Of a DNA stretch of 64,000 nt, positions 47,246 through 57,365 are shown in pieces. Made by a program: the position numbers and the translations under genes. The stretch's first letter is position 1; every line of letters starts with the position of its first letter. This DNA comes from a virus. The notes under the pieces were generated by a model. It was given only the letters and a program-made list of their open reading frames with translations. It had not been told where the DNA came from and ran no database searches. Location of the stretch: positions 31,586-95,585 of IMG/VR virus record IMGVR_UViG_3300015050_001142. One strand, given 5' to 3'.

Positions 47246-50093
47246 GCTCCAATTCCATATGCGGAGCGACAGCAACTTCATCCATAGAGATAATCTTTTC
47301 ATAAGACAGTACTCCTTTATATTCAAGATAATGTTTAATTTCCTGTTCCAGCTGCTCACCAATAAGAGTCTTAGTGCGTGGTGTTCCTTTGGTATAAACA
47401 TGAGCGCCATAAGGGTACCCGGTAAGAGTTGGCATCTGGTTAAGCAAATTACCACAAGCATTCGTGAATTCCAATACTTCATCAAGAATAATTATCATCT
47501 CAGGATCAAGTGCCATACCATCAGTAAGTTCTTTGTTACCGAAGAGTTCCATTGCCAATATCGCAATCTCTGGAGTATCAGGATTTTGCGCTACAAACTG
47601 TTGAAAGCTTGCTACTTTATCCAAGTGATTTGTTAAATCATTATAGATATCCTGATTCAATCCAAAGTAATTATAGCCGGTTGAACCTTCTACTTCACGA
47701 TAATGCCTGTCAACATATTGTGTTAGCTGTTGGTACATTTCCGAATACTTAGAATTGAATATATCGAAGTTGTATAAGAATGCACATGAATACAGTTTAT
47801 CCTTAATGATTCTGGCTGTATTCCATCGAATTAATAAATTACTCATTGTAATTTTTTTGTTTTTGATCTGTATGAAAAATTCCTGAAGAGGTTTGAAATC
47901 CCGGAGATACTTGATATTAGCTTCTGCTGATTTAACGAGAGTGATTTCATTGTTATCAAAGAAGTGCTGTAATTTATAAGCATCCCATTGCTGAACTTTG
48001 AGATCCTTAAGTTTAGATTCATTGAGACGGTACCACTTCTTTGAACCCCAAGCTATATCACCACGATTCATATGATCTTTCTCTCTTGATGCATGACAAT
48101 ATCTATCACCATGACCAATAAAGTTTTCAGCATAAGTATCACGGGTTAGCATTGCTACAAACTGCAACATTTCATCTTCACCTGCTCTTGCGTAATAGAT
48201 TTCTTGAGAATCCCAATCGTTAATTGATTTAATAGGAATCTCAATCTTCTTCATCTCATAAGCTTTAACAGGATCAACAGTAGAATTGTTATAGTTATTA
48301 TAACGTTCTGCTGAAGGAGTATAGATAAGAATCTTACCTTCTAACTTCCTGCGTTCATCTGCAGTTGATTTAGCCAATTGAATTTCTTCTTCCTCTTCAA
48401 CAGTTTCAGCAATCTTCTCCTCTTCCTCTTCATCGGTACCCTTAAAATCTTCAGGTACTTCAACATTAGCATAAGTTAACACTCCATCACTTGCACTGAT
48501 ATATTTGAATGTATCTGCGGGTGTAGCAAATTTCTTCTCTTCACCATCGCGTTTAGCTCGATGTATTTTGATTGATTCAATGAATTCATCACTCATTCCT
48601 GAGAGTTTCATTTCTTCTTCAGTAGCAAATGGAGCATATACAGCAACAAATCCTTCTGGATACATTGAGAGAAGCCATTTATCTTTTCGATTACCAGCTT
48701 TCTCTTCAGCATTCATTATAAAGAAAGGAAGATGGTAGTAATCAGCAAGCATCTTAATTTCCTTACGCTTGACAACGTTCTTATATTTATTAGCGCGTTG
48801 TTCACGAGTTAATGATACATACCTTGCATACAATCCGTTGAGTAGTTCAGTCTGCCGGTACTCTATACGAGGATCAACAGAATACTTAATCTTAGCCTCG
48901 CTTAAATCAACGATCTTAGCTAATCTATCAAGAACGCCGTTATTACCGTATCTGGAGCTGGCTGAAAAACAAGCACGAATCCATTTAAGATAATCTTTCT
49001 CCTGTAATTCAGCATTAATGAAATTAGTGGCAATATCAGTTACCTGTTTGAATCGTTCCAGAACTTTTACTTTAGTTCTATCAGACCAGATCACCGATTC
49101 ACGGTTAGGATTTACATCGATATCATCAGGGTCAACCTTAATACCGATATTACCTACTCTGGCTTCGAGTTCAAATTCATCCCAATCAATGTATCCGTAG
49201 TTTACTTTGTTGAGAAGTAAGTGAGGCTTAGAGAAATAATCATTATCGCTTAATACGATATAATTATCCTCATACAATATCTCAGCTTTGTAATTGATCA
49301 AGGTTTCGGTACCCTCTTCTTCAACAATGAACTTAAGATCCGAGAAGTAAAGCAATTGAGATTTAACTGCATCGATGTACTGTTGCTTATGACTCTTCTT
49401 TGTTTCCAGAGAAATAGTAACACCATTCTTTTCATCAGTTGGTTCCCAGTAGACTTTATAATCATCAAAGAGAAGGAATTCATTTTCTTTTCCCAGCTCC
49501 ATATTCATGGCCGGAATAATACTATCATAAGTTGATGAGTAGATATTGAATTTGAATTTCTTACCATTGTAATTACTTTCCATTGTATAGAAATCAACAC
49601 TGGTACTCAATGCAGCTTTTCCGCCGATACCGAATTTACCAACAGGTAACTTACTCAAACGCTTTGTACTGAATCCCAGGTTTAGGTACCCTCTCAAGCG
49701 TTTATCACCAATCCCAACTCCATAATCTTTGATGGTGAGTTTATCTCTACCCATCTTACTGCCAACAATATAACGAATTTCAACTTCGTTATTCTTACTA
49801 AGCCAGTTGAGATCATAATAACTGGGATCGAATTTTGAATCTTTGTACACATCTCCTTCGAGTTGTACAAAGAAATCTTCTACCTTATTCTTACCTGTAA
49901 GAATGAGTTCTGCAACATTTCTTTCGGAAACAGAATCAACAGCATTACACACAAGCTCTCTGGTAGTAGATTTAATTGGATAACCATATTGCGATTTCTG
50001 AAGGTTATCCAATATCATGTCAATCGCACCCTGGTCGATGATCTTGTTATGACCACCGCCCATTGTACGTGTTTGTTCAATGTGAATTGCCAT
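47235..50093 (-). CDS. rIIA: RIIA-like protein (N-terminal GHKL/Hsp90-type ATPase)
   Basis: RELVCNAVDS, IKDYGVGI, STKR...GKFGIGGK, NGVTI, PNRES motifs. Confidence 0.85.
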   Translation of the reverse strand: MAIHIEQTRTMGGGHNKIIDQGAIDMILDNLQKSQYGYPIKSTTRELVCNAVDSVSERNVAELILTGKNKVEDFFVQLEGDVYKDSKFDPSYYDLNWLSKNNEVEIRYIVGSKMGRDKLTIKDYGVGIGDKRLRGYLNLGFSTKRLSKLPVGKFGIGGKAALSTSVDFYTMESNYNGKKFKFNIYSSTYDSIIPAMNMELGKENEFLLFDDYKVYWEPTDEKNGVTISLETKKSHKQQYIDAVKSQLLYFSDLKFIVEEEGTETLINYKAEILYEDNYIVLSDNDYFSKPHLLLNKVNYGYIDWDEFELEARVGNIGIKVDPDDIDVNPNRESVIWSDRTKVKVLERFKQVTDIATNFINAELQEKDYLKWIRACFSASSRYGNNGVLDRLAKIVDLSEAKIKYSVDPRIEYRQTELLNGLYARYVSLTREQRANKYKNVVKRKEIKMLADYYHLPFFIMNAEEKAGNRKDKWLLSMYPEGFVAVYAPFATEEEMKLSGMSDEFIESIKIHRAKRDGEEKKFATPADTFKYISASDGVLTYANVEVPEDFKGTDEEEEEKIAETVEEEEEIQLAKSTADERRKLEGKILIYTPSAERYNNYNNSTVDPVKAYEMKKIEIPIKSINDWDSQEIYYARAGEDEMLQFVAMLTRDTYAENFIGHGDRYCHASREKDHMNRGDIAWGSKKWYRLNESKLKDLKVQQWDAYKLQHFFDNNEITLVKSAEANIKYLRDFKPLQEFFIQIKNKKITMSNLLIRWNTARIIKDKLYSCAFLYNFDIFNSKYSEMYQQLTQYVDRHYREVEGSTGYNYFGLNQDIYNDLTNHLDKVASFQQFVAQNPDTPEIAILAMELFGNKELTDGMALDPEMIIILDEVLEFTNACGNLLNQMPTLTGYPYGAHVYTKGTPRTKTLIGEQLEQEIKHYLEYKGVLSYEKIISMDEVAVAPHMELEHVN

Positions 50094-50097
50094 AGTT

Positions 50098-50313
50098 TTA
50101 AGATTCTCTTCCTCTTAATACAAGAAATCCTGTAGAGGTAAGTTGTTTAATATTTGATTTCAATTCAGATAAAGTACAATCATATATTGTACCTAAAGTA
50201 GCTCGTGAGATGCGGTTATTAAATCCAGAACCACCCCAAAATGCAGTAGCAGTTAACCCGTTTATAAATAGAGTATATTGTTTCCTGATTTTCATTACAA
50301 TAAGTTTAAGCAT
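50098..50313 (-). CDS. Hypothetical protein
   Basis: Short ORF tiling the gap; start may be the internal Met. Confidence 0.4.
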   Translation of the reverse strand: MLKLIVMKIRKQYTLFINGLTATAFWGGSGFNNRISRATLGTIYDCTLSELKSNIKQLTSTGFLVLRGRES

Positions 50314-50528
50314 TCACTCAAACACTCAATACTTACAGTGTAGCGTTTATCATGAATATAGATGATCACTATTTCAGCACCACGTTCTGTCTCGATAGAG
50401 ATTCCATCAACCATACCATATACAGTAGGGTACCCTGGAATATCAAGAGAACAATTATTGCCTTTGTATTTATCCTCAAGGATTGATTCGGCTTCTTTCC
50501 GATTGTATCGTTTTCTGGTTTTATACAT
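50295..50528 (-). CDS. Hypothetical protein
   Basis: 77-aa ORF tiling the operon. Confidence 0.55.
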   Translation of the reverse strand: MYKTRKRYNRKEAESILEDKYKGNNCSLDIPGYPTVYGMVDGISIETERGAEIVIIYIHDKRYTVSIECLSECLNLL

Positions 50529-50536
50529 AGAATTGT

Positions 50537-50740
50537 TTAAGATATTATGCGAATACGTTCCTTATTGTGTTCAATACCTACATGATTTCCTTCATCTTTA
50601 TACAATTCCCATTCATTATTTTCTTCTGACCATTTAGCAATTCCTTGCATTTTAATAGTCTCAAATTCAAGAAGTAATTTATCATCTTCATGAATTAATT
50701 GTCCGAATTTATCATTGATGTTCGTTGATTTTTTATTCAT
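50537..50740 (-). CDS. YopX-like small protein
   Basis: STNINDKFGQLIHEDDKL resembles the YopX TGLKDKNGKEIYEGDI motif. Confidence 0.55.
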   Translation of the reverse strand: MNKKSTNINDKFGQLIHEDDKLLLEFETIKMQGIAKWSEENNEWELYKDEGNHVGIEHNKERIRIIS

Positions 50741-51713
50741 AGAATTTTAATTGTTTAAGCATTCGTAGAGTTTCTTCCGGACCATGATGAGAACAATAAT
50801 CTGATACATCTTTATCATCAGGTCTTAAATCCATTGGGATATAAACCTTTGGATAAGGGAGATTAGCACCAGCATGTTTACCATCATTATCAAAGAGTAC
50901 CGCAATATGCTTGTACTTAGATTCGAGATGTTTCAAACATAAATCAGGTAATGGTGTATTTTCACTACGCGGTGATATTGCTTCATATCCAAATGATCGT
51001 AAGCACATCACATCCTTTCGGGATTTAGTAATAATACAAAGATCAGAATTGTATTGCAATTGTTTGAATCCATGAACACATACTTCAGTTAAGTTATGGC
51101 GGAATTTATATCGCTTCTCTGCATGAGGAAAGTACAACTGGTACTTGTCCCATTCACGATAAGCATATCCCAATCCTTTTGGATAATCAGGAGTCTTCTG
51201 TTCCTTAGTTATCCAATAAGCTGCTATAGCTTTCACCGTGTATTGTTCAAGTATTTGTTGTGTGATATTGAATTGCTGCCAATAGTTTAAATCTGATCGA
51301 TTGAATGGCCGAGCTTTAATTTCTATGTCAATTGGTTCCAGGTATTTACGATCAGGTACTTTTGATGGAGCTTTAACTATACTGGTACCGCCTAATCCAA
51401 AATCAGCCATTACAACTTTCATTGCTTCTCTACGGGTCTTAACTGAATCAAACAGAAGCATTACCAGATCGAATATATCTCCATGTACATTAGCGGCTAA
51501 ATCCTTCCATAAGAATTCATGATAACCTGCACCATACTTACGTTCATAGATTCCAAATGATGGATCTCTGTCTTCGTTAAATTGTATCTCACCACGTACC
51601 GGAGATGGGTACTTGGCACCGATTAAAGGTTCAAAGCCGAGATAGAAACAATAGAGCGCGTATTCATCTACGCGCTCTAAAATGTCTTCTTCCCGGAATA
51701 ACAGATATTCCAT
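50733..51713 (-). CDS. dnaG: DNA primase (crAss-type, TOPRIM)
   Basis: SPVR...DRDPSF, WKDLA..GDIFD, IITKSRKDVM, SEN, LFDND, KDVSDY. Confidence 0.85.
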   Translation of the reverse strand: MEYLLFREEDILERVDEYALYCFYLGFEPLIGAKYPSPVRGEIQFNEDRDPSFGIYERKYGAGYHEFLWKDLAANVHGDIFDLVMLLFDSVKTRREAMKVVMADFGLGGTSIVKAPSKVPDRKYLEPIDIEIKARPFNRSDLNYWQQFNITQQILEQYTVKAIAAYWITKEQKTPDYPKGLGYAYREWDKYQLYFPHAEKRYKFRHNLTEVCVHGFKQLQYNSDLCIITKSRKDVMCLRSFGYEAISPRSENTPLPDLCLKHLESKYKHIAVLFDNDGKHAGANLPYPKVYIPMDLRPDDKDVSDYCSHHGPEETLRMLKQLKFYE

Positions 51714-51726
51714 GTTAGAAATTTAA

Positions 51727-52437
51727 TTATCCACCAAATACTGATTCAGCTGATAGAGGTACTGAACCTTCTGTTGCATCTGGGCCTTTAGCCGGCCTTG
51801 CGATCGGAGCTGCATCATCTAAACCTTCTCTCTTTTCATAATCTGTGAATTTCAGCTTGCTGGCTTCTTTCGGTACATCTACAGATTCATAAAAAGGATT
51901 GTCTTCGATATAGCTTCCGCGTAACGCCGGGAAATGTTTGTCTTTGCTTTGGCGAACCAGTAATAACCTGAATTGTAAATCAGTTTTATCAAGGAACGGT
52001 TGCATAGCCTGGATGAAAGCAGTACACATATTCTTGTGTATTTCTTTCTGGATTTCCAGTTTCTGTATCTGTTCATTGAAATTACCTTCTTCGATTGGTA
52101 CTCCATTATACGCAACTTTACCAAGCTTAGGCATAGCATCAGTGGTCATATACTGGCGCATAAAATGCTGCAATTGGCCTTTAACTTTGTTGATACCATA
52201 TACAGCCAGATCAACCTTTTTCTCTTCAGTTAAATCTGTCTTGGTACTGGCACTTGGTCCAAAGATGCGTACAGATGATGTTGTGTTTTCGATTACATCA
52301 TCATCCTGAATTGCAGCAAATCCACTGGTTGGTTTCGTTGCTGTAGGATCATCAAACTTAATTTCAAGAGAAAGTTTATCATCAAGGGTAATACCCTTCA
52401 TATAAACTGGCTCATTAACTCCGATTTTTAACGGCAT
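51727..52437 (-). CDS. Putative single-stranded DNA-binding / replication protein
   Basis: Between the AAA ATPase and primase; flexible C-terminal tail ending in an aromatic residue (SVFGG). Confidence 0.4.
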   Translation of the reverse strand: MPLKIGVNEPVYMKGITLDDKLSLEIKFDDPTATKPTSGFAAIQDDDVIENTTSSVRIFGPSASTKTDLTEEKKVDLAVYGINKVKGQLQHFMRQYMTTDAMPKLGKVAYNGVPIEEGNFNEQIQKLEIQKEIHKNMCTAFIQAMQPFLDKTDLQFRLLLVRQSKDKHFPALRGSYIEDNPFYESVDVPKEASKLKFTDYEKREGLDDAAPIARPAKGPDATEGSVPLSAESVFGG

Positions 52438-52465
52438 AATATTCGAGTTATAATATGAAAATAAT

Positions 52466-52491
52466 AGAGAGAAGAATTTCTCCTTCTCTCT
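52466..52491. terminator. Intergenic stem-loop
   Basis: AGAGAGAAG-AATTTCTC-CTTCTCTCT. Confidence 0.45.
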
Positions 52492-52502
52492 TAAGTATTG
52501 TA

Positions 52503-53330
52503 TTAGTTATTCTCCTGAACTTCAGGAGCTGTAGCTGAGTTATTCTCAACGTCTTCAATTGTTACTTCTCCACTACCAGCCGCAAGACCTGCGATTTCTG
52601 CTGGTACAAAACCATAAATGGTCATGTTTTCTCTACGCACATAATCTGCTGCTCCAGCATCTTTACCACGGCTAACTCTTTTCGGTACCAGGGTAATAGG
52701 CTTGGAGAATTTCTCATTAATATTCATGCCTTCTAATTCAGAGGCAACGATCATATCAACATAAGGTTTTTCTTCTGTTAAGGTAACACCATATAATTCC
52801 TCGATGGCTTTTAACAGAACATCTTTACCGAAAGTTGCAGCACCTTGTTCCATCACGGTACTCTTTGGTTGGCCCTCATCGTTATAAACGGTAGAACCAA
52901 ACATATCAACTTTAGGCTCATCTTTACTTGTGGCTCCAATGAACAACATATTATTGTTAGCATCTTTCCACTGACCCCAAACACGGGTGTCGATTACATC
53001 AAACGCATTACCAACCGGTGGTTCAACTGTTAAGATCCTTTTCTTACTGGCTTCTTTGGCCGGAGTCTTAACTGTGATACCATCAGCTTCCAGTACCGCA
53101 TCCTTGGCAGCTACATCTTCAAATGTAACTTTACCAGCACGATACTCAAGATCGAATTTATCAACCAATGCTTGCGATGGAAATACTGATCCATCCATCC
53201 ATACCCTGATAGCAAGTAATGCCGGGGCTGGATTCCATTGTTTACGTGGACCACCACGCTTTGCGCCTGTTGAGGCTTCAACTTTTACTTCTTCAACTTC
53301 TGCACTTTTTAAGAATCCTAAAAAACTCAT
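52503..53330 (-). CDS. Hypothetical protein (probable start MSFLGF at 53330)
   Basis: The longer track ORF overlaps the upstream gene; acidic C-terminal tail. Confidence 0.6.
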   Translation of the reverse strand: MSFLGFLKSAEVEEVKVEASTGAKRGGPRKQWNPAPALLAIRVWMDGSVFPSQALVDKFDLEYRAGKVTFEDVAAKDAVLEADGITVKTPAKEASKKRILTVEPPVGNAFDVIDTRVWGQWKDANNNMLFIGATSKDEPKVDMFGSTVYNDEGQPKSTVMEQGAATFGKDVLLKAIEELYGVTLTEEKPYVDMIVASELEGMNINEKFSKPITLVPKRVSRGKDAGAADYVRRENMTIYGFVPAEIAGLAAGSGEVTIEDVENNSATAPEVQENN

Positions 53331-53355
53331 TTGTTCTGTGTTAAAATGTGAATAA

Positions 53356-54156
53356 TTATTGTGCAGGTTCTGGAATAAATATCTTATCCCAACTGAATTC
53401 AAATCTCTTTCCTGCAAGGTGTGGAAAGCGTGCACCCATTACGGAACTTTCATAAGTCTCAAAGCTCACCATCAGAGGTGTACCAGGCTGACGGTACAAG
53501 TAACCTATTGCATCGCATTTCGCTGCGACAATAGATCCCAGTTTACCAGTAAGTGCAATATCCATTGAGGATACAGCAACTCCACCTTTGTCAGTGATTT
53601 TCTCTTTAACGTGAGAAATGAGAATTAAATGCTTGCAGTACAGAGCTAATTGATCTATCACACGCAGAACCTCGTTGCGTAAATGATAATAACCGGCACC
53701 ATTTGGAAGTTCAAGGACCGATTTTCCTTCAAAATTCTGTCCAATGACGGTTGATTTATAAGCAACGGTTGCACTTACTTCGCAATAATCCTCTAGCTTA
53801 TCCAGAGTATCAACTGCGATATATTTATAAGGAAACCGTAACTGTTCTTTTGCAGCTGTTTGACGGGCAGCTTCCGCATTCATATCTTTGATGAATTCGT
53901 TAATGGAAGTACTTACTATTTCAGTAGTATCATTTCCCTTTTCATCTTTCTTGTACTTAGTAATTCCAGACATACTACGAATTGGTAAGCGAAGTATTTC
54001 ATACATTTCGGCACCACCTTCAGTATCCAGATTAAGGCAATTATCCAGTGTACTTAATATTCCTGTTTTACCAACCTTTGGAACTCCATAGAACAAAATG
54101 ATCTTTGGATTAATTCGTGTTGCCTTTATAGGCTTTGTGGGCAATATACTTGACAT
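53356..54156 (-). CDS. AAA_24 / Sak4-like P-loop ATPase
   Basis: FYGVPKVGKT Walker A, LDTEGG, VDTLD Walker B, GAGY, LISH, DAIGY. Confidence 0.8.
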   Translation of the reverse strand: MSSILPTKPIKATRINPKIILFYGVPKVGKTGILSTLDNCLNLDTEGGAEMYEILRLPIRSMSGITKYKKDEKGNDTTEIVSTSINEFIKDMNAEAARQTAAKEQLRFPYKYIAVDTLDKLEDYCEVSATVAYKSTVIGQNFEGKSVLELPNGAGYYHLRNEVLRVIDQLALYCKHLILISHVKEKITDKGGVAVSSMDIALTGKLGSIVAAKCDAIGYLYRQPGTPLMVSFETYESSVMGARFPHLAGKRFEFSWDKIFIPEPAQ

Positions 54157-55382
54157 AGTTTTTCAATTTCTTGTGCTTTATCATACCACGGTTGCATAGC
54201 AAGTGGATTACCTGGTGTTAATGGTAGATCGTACATGTACCCGGTTGAACCATCCATAAACAATGGAATGGTACGCGCTGCAGGGCCATATCTGTTCTTC
54301 ATAATGTAATTGGCAACGAAAGATTCGCCTAATCCTTCTAAACGACTCAAATCATAGCCGAGAAACTTACTGAGATCAGATTGAGGTTTAACTACACCAT
54401 ATACAACATCAGCATCTCGATAGGTAGCTTTACTATCACCAAAATCAATACGCTGTGGAGTTACAGTAGCTTCAGTTTTCTTTCCAATTAATCCTCTGTA
54501 GGTACTCATCATATCAGGAGAGAATTGCTGATAAAATCCAACTGTACAGAAGAATACATTTCTAAGAACAATAGCATACTTGCTCATCTTATCCATGATA
54601 TCTTTTGTATGCAAATGAAGTTCACTACCTGTAAGAGCTAAGTGATCAATCATTAGAATTGTTATCAAATTCGGATCATTCTCTTTGTATCCTCTCACAA
54701 ATCCTTTCTTACCTTTCTTCTTATCAGCTTCAGGTACTGGAGTACGTTCAACAATTCCTTCTTTGGCGAAGTGATTTTCAATGATTGATTCAAATATGTT
54801 CGTTGGATGAGTTACATGTTCAAGGATTACAACATCTTTCATCATTTCAGTAACTACTGAGTAAGCTTCCAGAATAATCTTTACATGTTCTTCAGCAACT
54901 AACTTACCGGTAATTCTTCCTTGCAAATAATCACTTGGTAATCGAATTCCATACTTAACAAAGATGAAGTAACTACACCAGCGATAAAGCTTTTCAGTCT
55001 TACCGATTTCAAATGAGCAATAAAAGATCTTTATCCGGCGCTTTTGTTTCTTAGCAGATTCCCAGGCTTTGAGAACGAACATGAAATCACCAAGAGTGGT
55101 TTTACCTGCACCTGATTCTCCACCGAGTAAATAGTACCTTGCCTTGTGAATACCATAAGTGTATTTATCAATATTCGCCAATGAGGTATCAAGCCCAATA
55201 TTCTGGCCAAGCATACCACGCCTTAACTGTGATAAGAATTGATCATGCTTAGATTCATCATTCCACATTTCCCAAAGCATCTTATCAACACCTTCAGGAC
55301 AATCACCTATGGTATAAGGACTAAGAATCTCACCGGTATCAACATCAAACTCATCCGAGGGTGTAACGATTGTGTTCTCCAT
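54126..55382 (-). CDS. dnaB: Replicative DnaB-like (SF4) helicase
   Basis: GGESGAGKT, SFEI, IDHL, QQF, DADVV, KNRYG. Confidence 0.8.
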   Translation of the reverse strand: MENTIVTPSDEFDVDTGEILSPYTIGDCPEGVDKMLWEMWNDESKHDQFLSQLRRGMLGQNIGLDTSLANIDKYTYGIHKARYYLLGGESGAGKTTLGDFMFVLKAWESAKKQKRRIKIFYCSFEIGKTEKLYRWCSYFIFVKYGIRLPSDYLQGRITGKLVAEEHVKIILEAYSVVTEMMKDVVILEHVTHPTNIFESIIENHFAKEGIVERTPVPEADKKKGKKGFVRGYKENDPNLITILMIDHLALTGSELHLHTKDIMDKMSKYAIVLRNVFFCTVGFYQQFSPDMMSTYRGLIGKKTEATVTPQRIDFGDSKATYRDADVVYGVVKPQSDLSKFLGYDLSRLEGLGESFVANYIMKNRYGPAARTIPLFMDGSTGYMYDLPLTPGNPLAMQPWYDKAQEIEKLCQVYCPQSL

Positions 55383-55881
55383 TATTGATCTCTTCTTTAA
55401 GGTGTTGTTGTAATTCTGTTTCCCCGCCTTCAGCTGCAGTCTTCAGATTTAGATAATCAGATCTGAATTCACCTGATGTAAAATAAGTACCTATTGCTTT
55501 CTTCAACCTGATTCCAGATTTATAATAGAGCATGGTACTCTTAACAAGTAAATCATAGATGTATCCTTCTTTATCGATTGCTTTGATGAAAGCTTTACAT
55601 GCATCCTGATTGTATTTATTAGCTGAATACAGATTACCACGATGATCTTCCAATTTAGCCGGTACTTTAGCCTCTTGAATGAATTGGATGAATAATTGTT
55701 GCCAATCTGTTGCAGTTCTTGCTTTTAAAACAGCAATTTGTTGATCGATTTTTATAATATCAAAAGCAGGTTTACGTACTTTACATTTCATTTGAAATTC
55801 ATCAGATAAAACATAATCATCATTAACTTGAGTGATATAACCTTGATTTTTGAGGTACTGGATAATTTCTTCTAAAGTCAT
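55351..55881 (-). CDS. Hypothetical protein upstream of DnaB (possible initiator/loader); probable start MTLEEII
   Basis: Overlaps the dnaB start; ATG at 55881 lies just after the SF2 helicase stop. Confidence 0.5.
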   Translation of the reverse strand: MTLEEIIQYLKNQGYITQVNDDYVLSDEFQMKCKVRKPAFDIIKIDQQIAVLKARTATDWQQLFIQFIQEAKVPAKLEDHRGNLYSANKYNQDACKAFIKAIDKEGYIYDLLVKSTMLYYKSGIRLKKAIGTYFTSGEFRSDYLNLKTAAEGGETELQQHLKEEINNGEHNRYTLG

Positions 55882-55882
55882 A

Positions 55883-57082
55883 TTATTCAGCTTTAACGTA
55901 ATATTCTTTAACCCGATCTTTATTAAAATCCTTAAAAGCGGCTCTGTACCAATCCTCATCCTTTGTTCCTTTCGCCACCAGTACAACAATCAAAGCTGTG
56001 TGATCTTCTCTCCACCGGATATTTCGTCCGATACGTTGAGTTATTCCACGTTTACTTGAACTAAGCTGTACGATAATTGATTGGTCTAATGCATCGATAT
56101 TCTTTCCTTCATCAAGGGCATTTACAACACCCAGAAAATTGGTTTCCTTGGCCTGGAACTTGCTAAGATAAGTAGAATCACTCTTTGAATTAAAGATATT
56201 TTCTCCACATAATTCCTTGCTTTGTTCAATAGATCCGCAGAAGATTAAGGTACGATTTTCCGGTGTAATTAGCTTACCCATTACGGTTTTTGCCAACTTT
56301 TTTTTCGACTCCAGATTGTACAATAGCTGGTTCCGTTTCTGCACATAAAAGAACATCATTCCCTGGCTCTTTTTAGCGCCAAACATGGATTTCTGTATGA
56401 GCTTGGTTAAGTACTTGTATTGAGCTGCTTCAGTGGTATACGTGGGCCTGGCTTTGGTACCACCAAGAATATTCATTGAGGTTTTATCCAGATCGAATAA
56501 TAATACCTTGACTTCAAAATCAGCAACCAGGTTGAGGAATCGGGCCTGTTCAAGCGTTACAATATAACTGGTTGGACACAAAGTTTTAAGAATAATTAAC
56601 TTATCGTTTTCATTACCATATTTACTGGCTTCAGGCTCAGTGGCTGTGAGAAACAGCATACGGTACACTTTATTATTACTGAAGAATACAGAATTGTTTG
56701 GAGTAGCATGATGGCATTCGTCCCAAACAAACAGATCTATTTCCCCAGCCTGTACCTTGTCCATACTTGCATGGCAGAGAAGATTGATTTTTGGGAGAAT
56801 ATCTTCGCACCCCCAATTTTTGAATTCAGCCGGCCAATCCACATCACGAAGCGTTTCTGTAGGTACTGCAATGTATATTACAGCGTTAGGATTCGATTGT
56901 AATTCTCGTTTAGCTGCAAGTACCGCTATACGGGTTTTACCCACCCCCGTAGCTGCAGCAATGATTGACCGGTACCCATTAGCTACCCAGAACTTCAATG
57001 CATCGTCCTGGATAGCTTCTTTGATCTCATTAGGTTTCATTGTAGCAACCATATGAGCCATTTCTTCTTTGGTGAATTTCAT
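55883..57082 (-). CDS. Superfamily 2 helicase
   Basis: ATGVGKT, DECH, TAT, LDEGKN, QRIGR. Confidence 0.88.
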   Translation of the reverse strand: MKFTKEEMAHMVATMKPNEIKEAIQDDALKFWVANGYRSIIAAATGVGKTRIAVLAAKRELQSNPNAVIYIAVPTETLRDVDWPAEFKNWGCEDILPKINLLCHASMDKVQAGEIDLFVWDECHHATPNNSVFFSNNKVYRMLFLTATEPEASKYGNENDKLIILKTLCPTSYIVTLEQARFLNLVADFEVKVLLFDLDKTSMNILGGTKARPTYTTEAAQYKYLTKLIQKSMFGAKKSQGMMFFYVQKRNQLLYNLESKKKLAKTVMGKLITPENRTLIFCGSIEQSKELCGENIFNSKSDSTYLSKFQAKETNFLGVVNALDEGKNIDALDQSIIVQLSSSKRGITQRIGRNIRWREDHTALIVVLVAKGTKDEDWYRAAFKDFNKDRVKEYYVKAE

Positions 57083-57360
57083 AGGCGTAATCCCTTATTC
57101 TTACAGTAGTTACCTGCAAGCACTTTAACTGGTCCAGTATCAGTGATACGATTCTCATTCTCTCCAACACCATTAGCGCCGGCGATGTAAGCATTTTCAA
57201 CAAGTTGAGAAATATACTCAAGTAATGGATCTCCATCGATCATTGGTAAATTTTTATATCTACCTTTAAGAAAGAATTGATTTGATAATTGAAGTACTCT
57301 TGAAAGTTCAAGTCTGCGCTGCATAATCTTTACTCGTTCCTGTATTCCTTCGATATACAT
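57079..57360 (-). CDS. Hypothetical protein
   Basis: 93 aa; 4-nt overlap with the helicase start. Confidence 0.55.
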   Translation of the reverse strand: MYIEGIQERVKIMQRRLELSRVLQLSNQFFLKGRYKNLPMIDGDPLLEYISQLVENAYIAGANGVGENENRITDTGPVKVLAGNYCKNKGLRL

Positions 57361-57365
57361 AGTAA

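Noticed and set aside
47246-47485. Long version of the 129-aa ORF overlapping rIIA
   Set aside because: Out-of-frame shadow of rIIA; only the last 49 codons occupy free space
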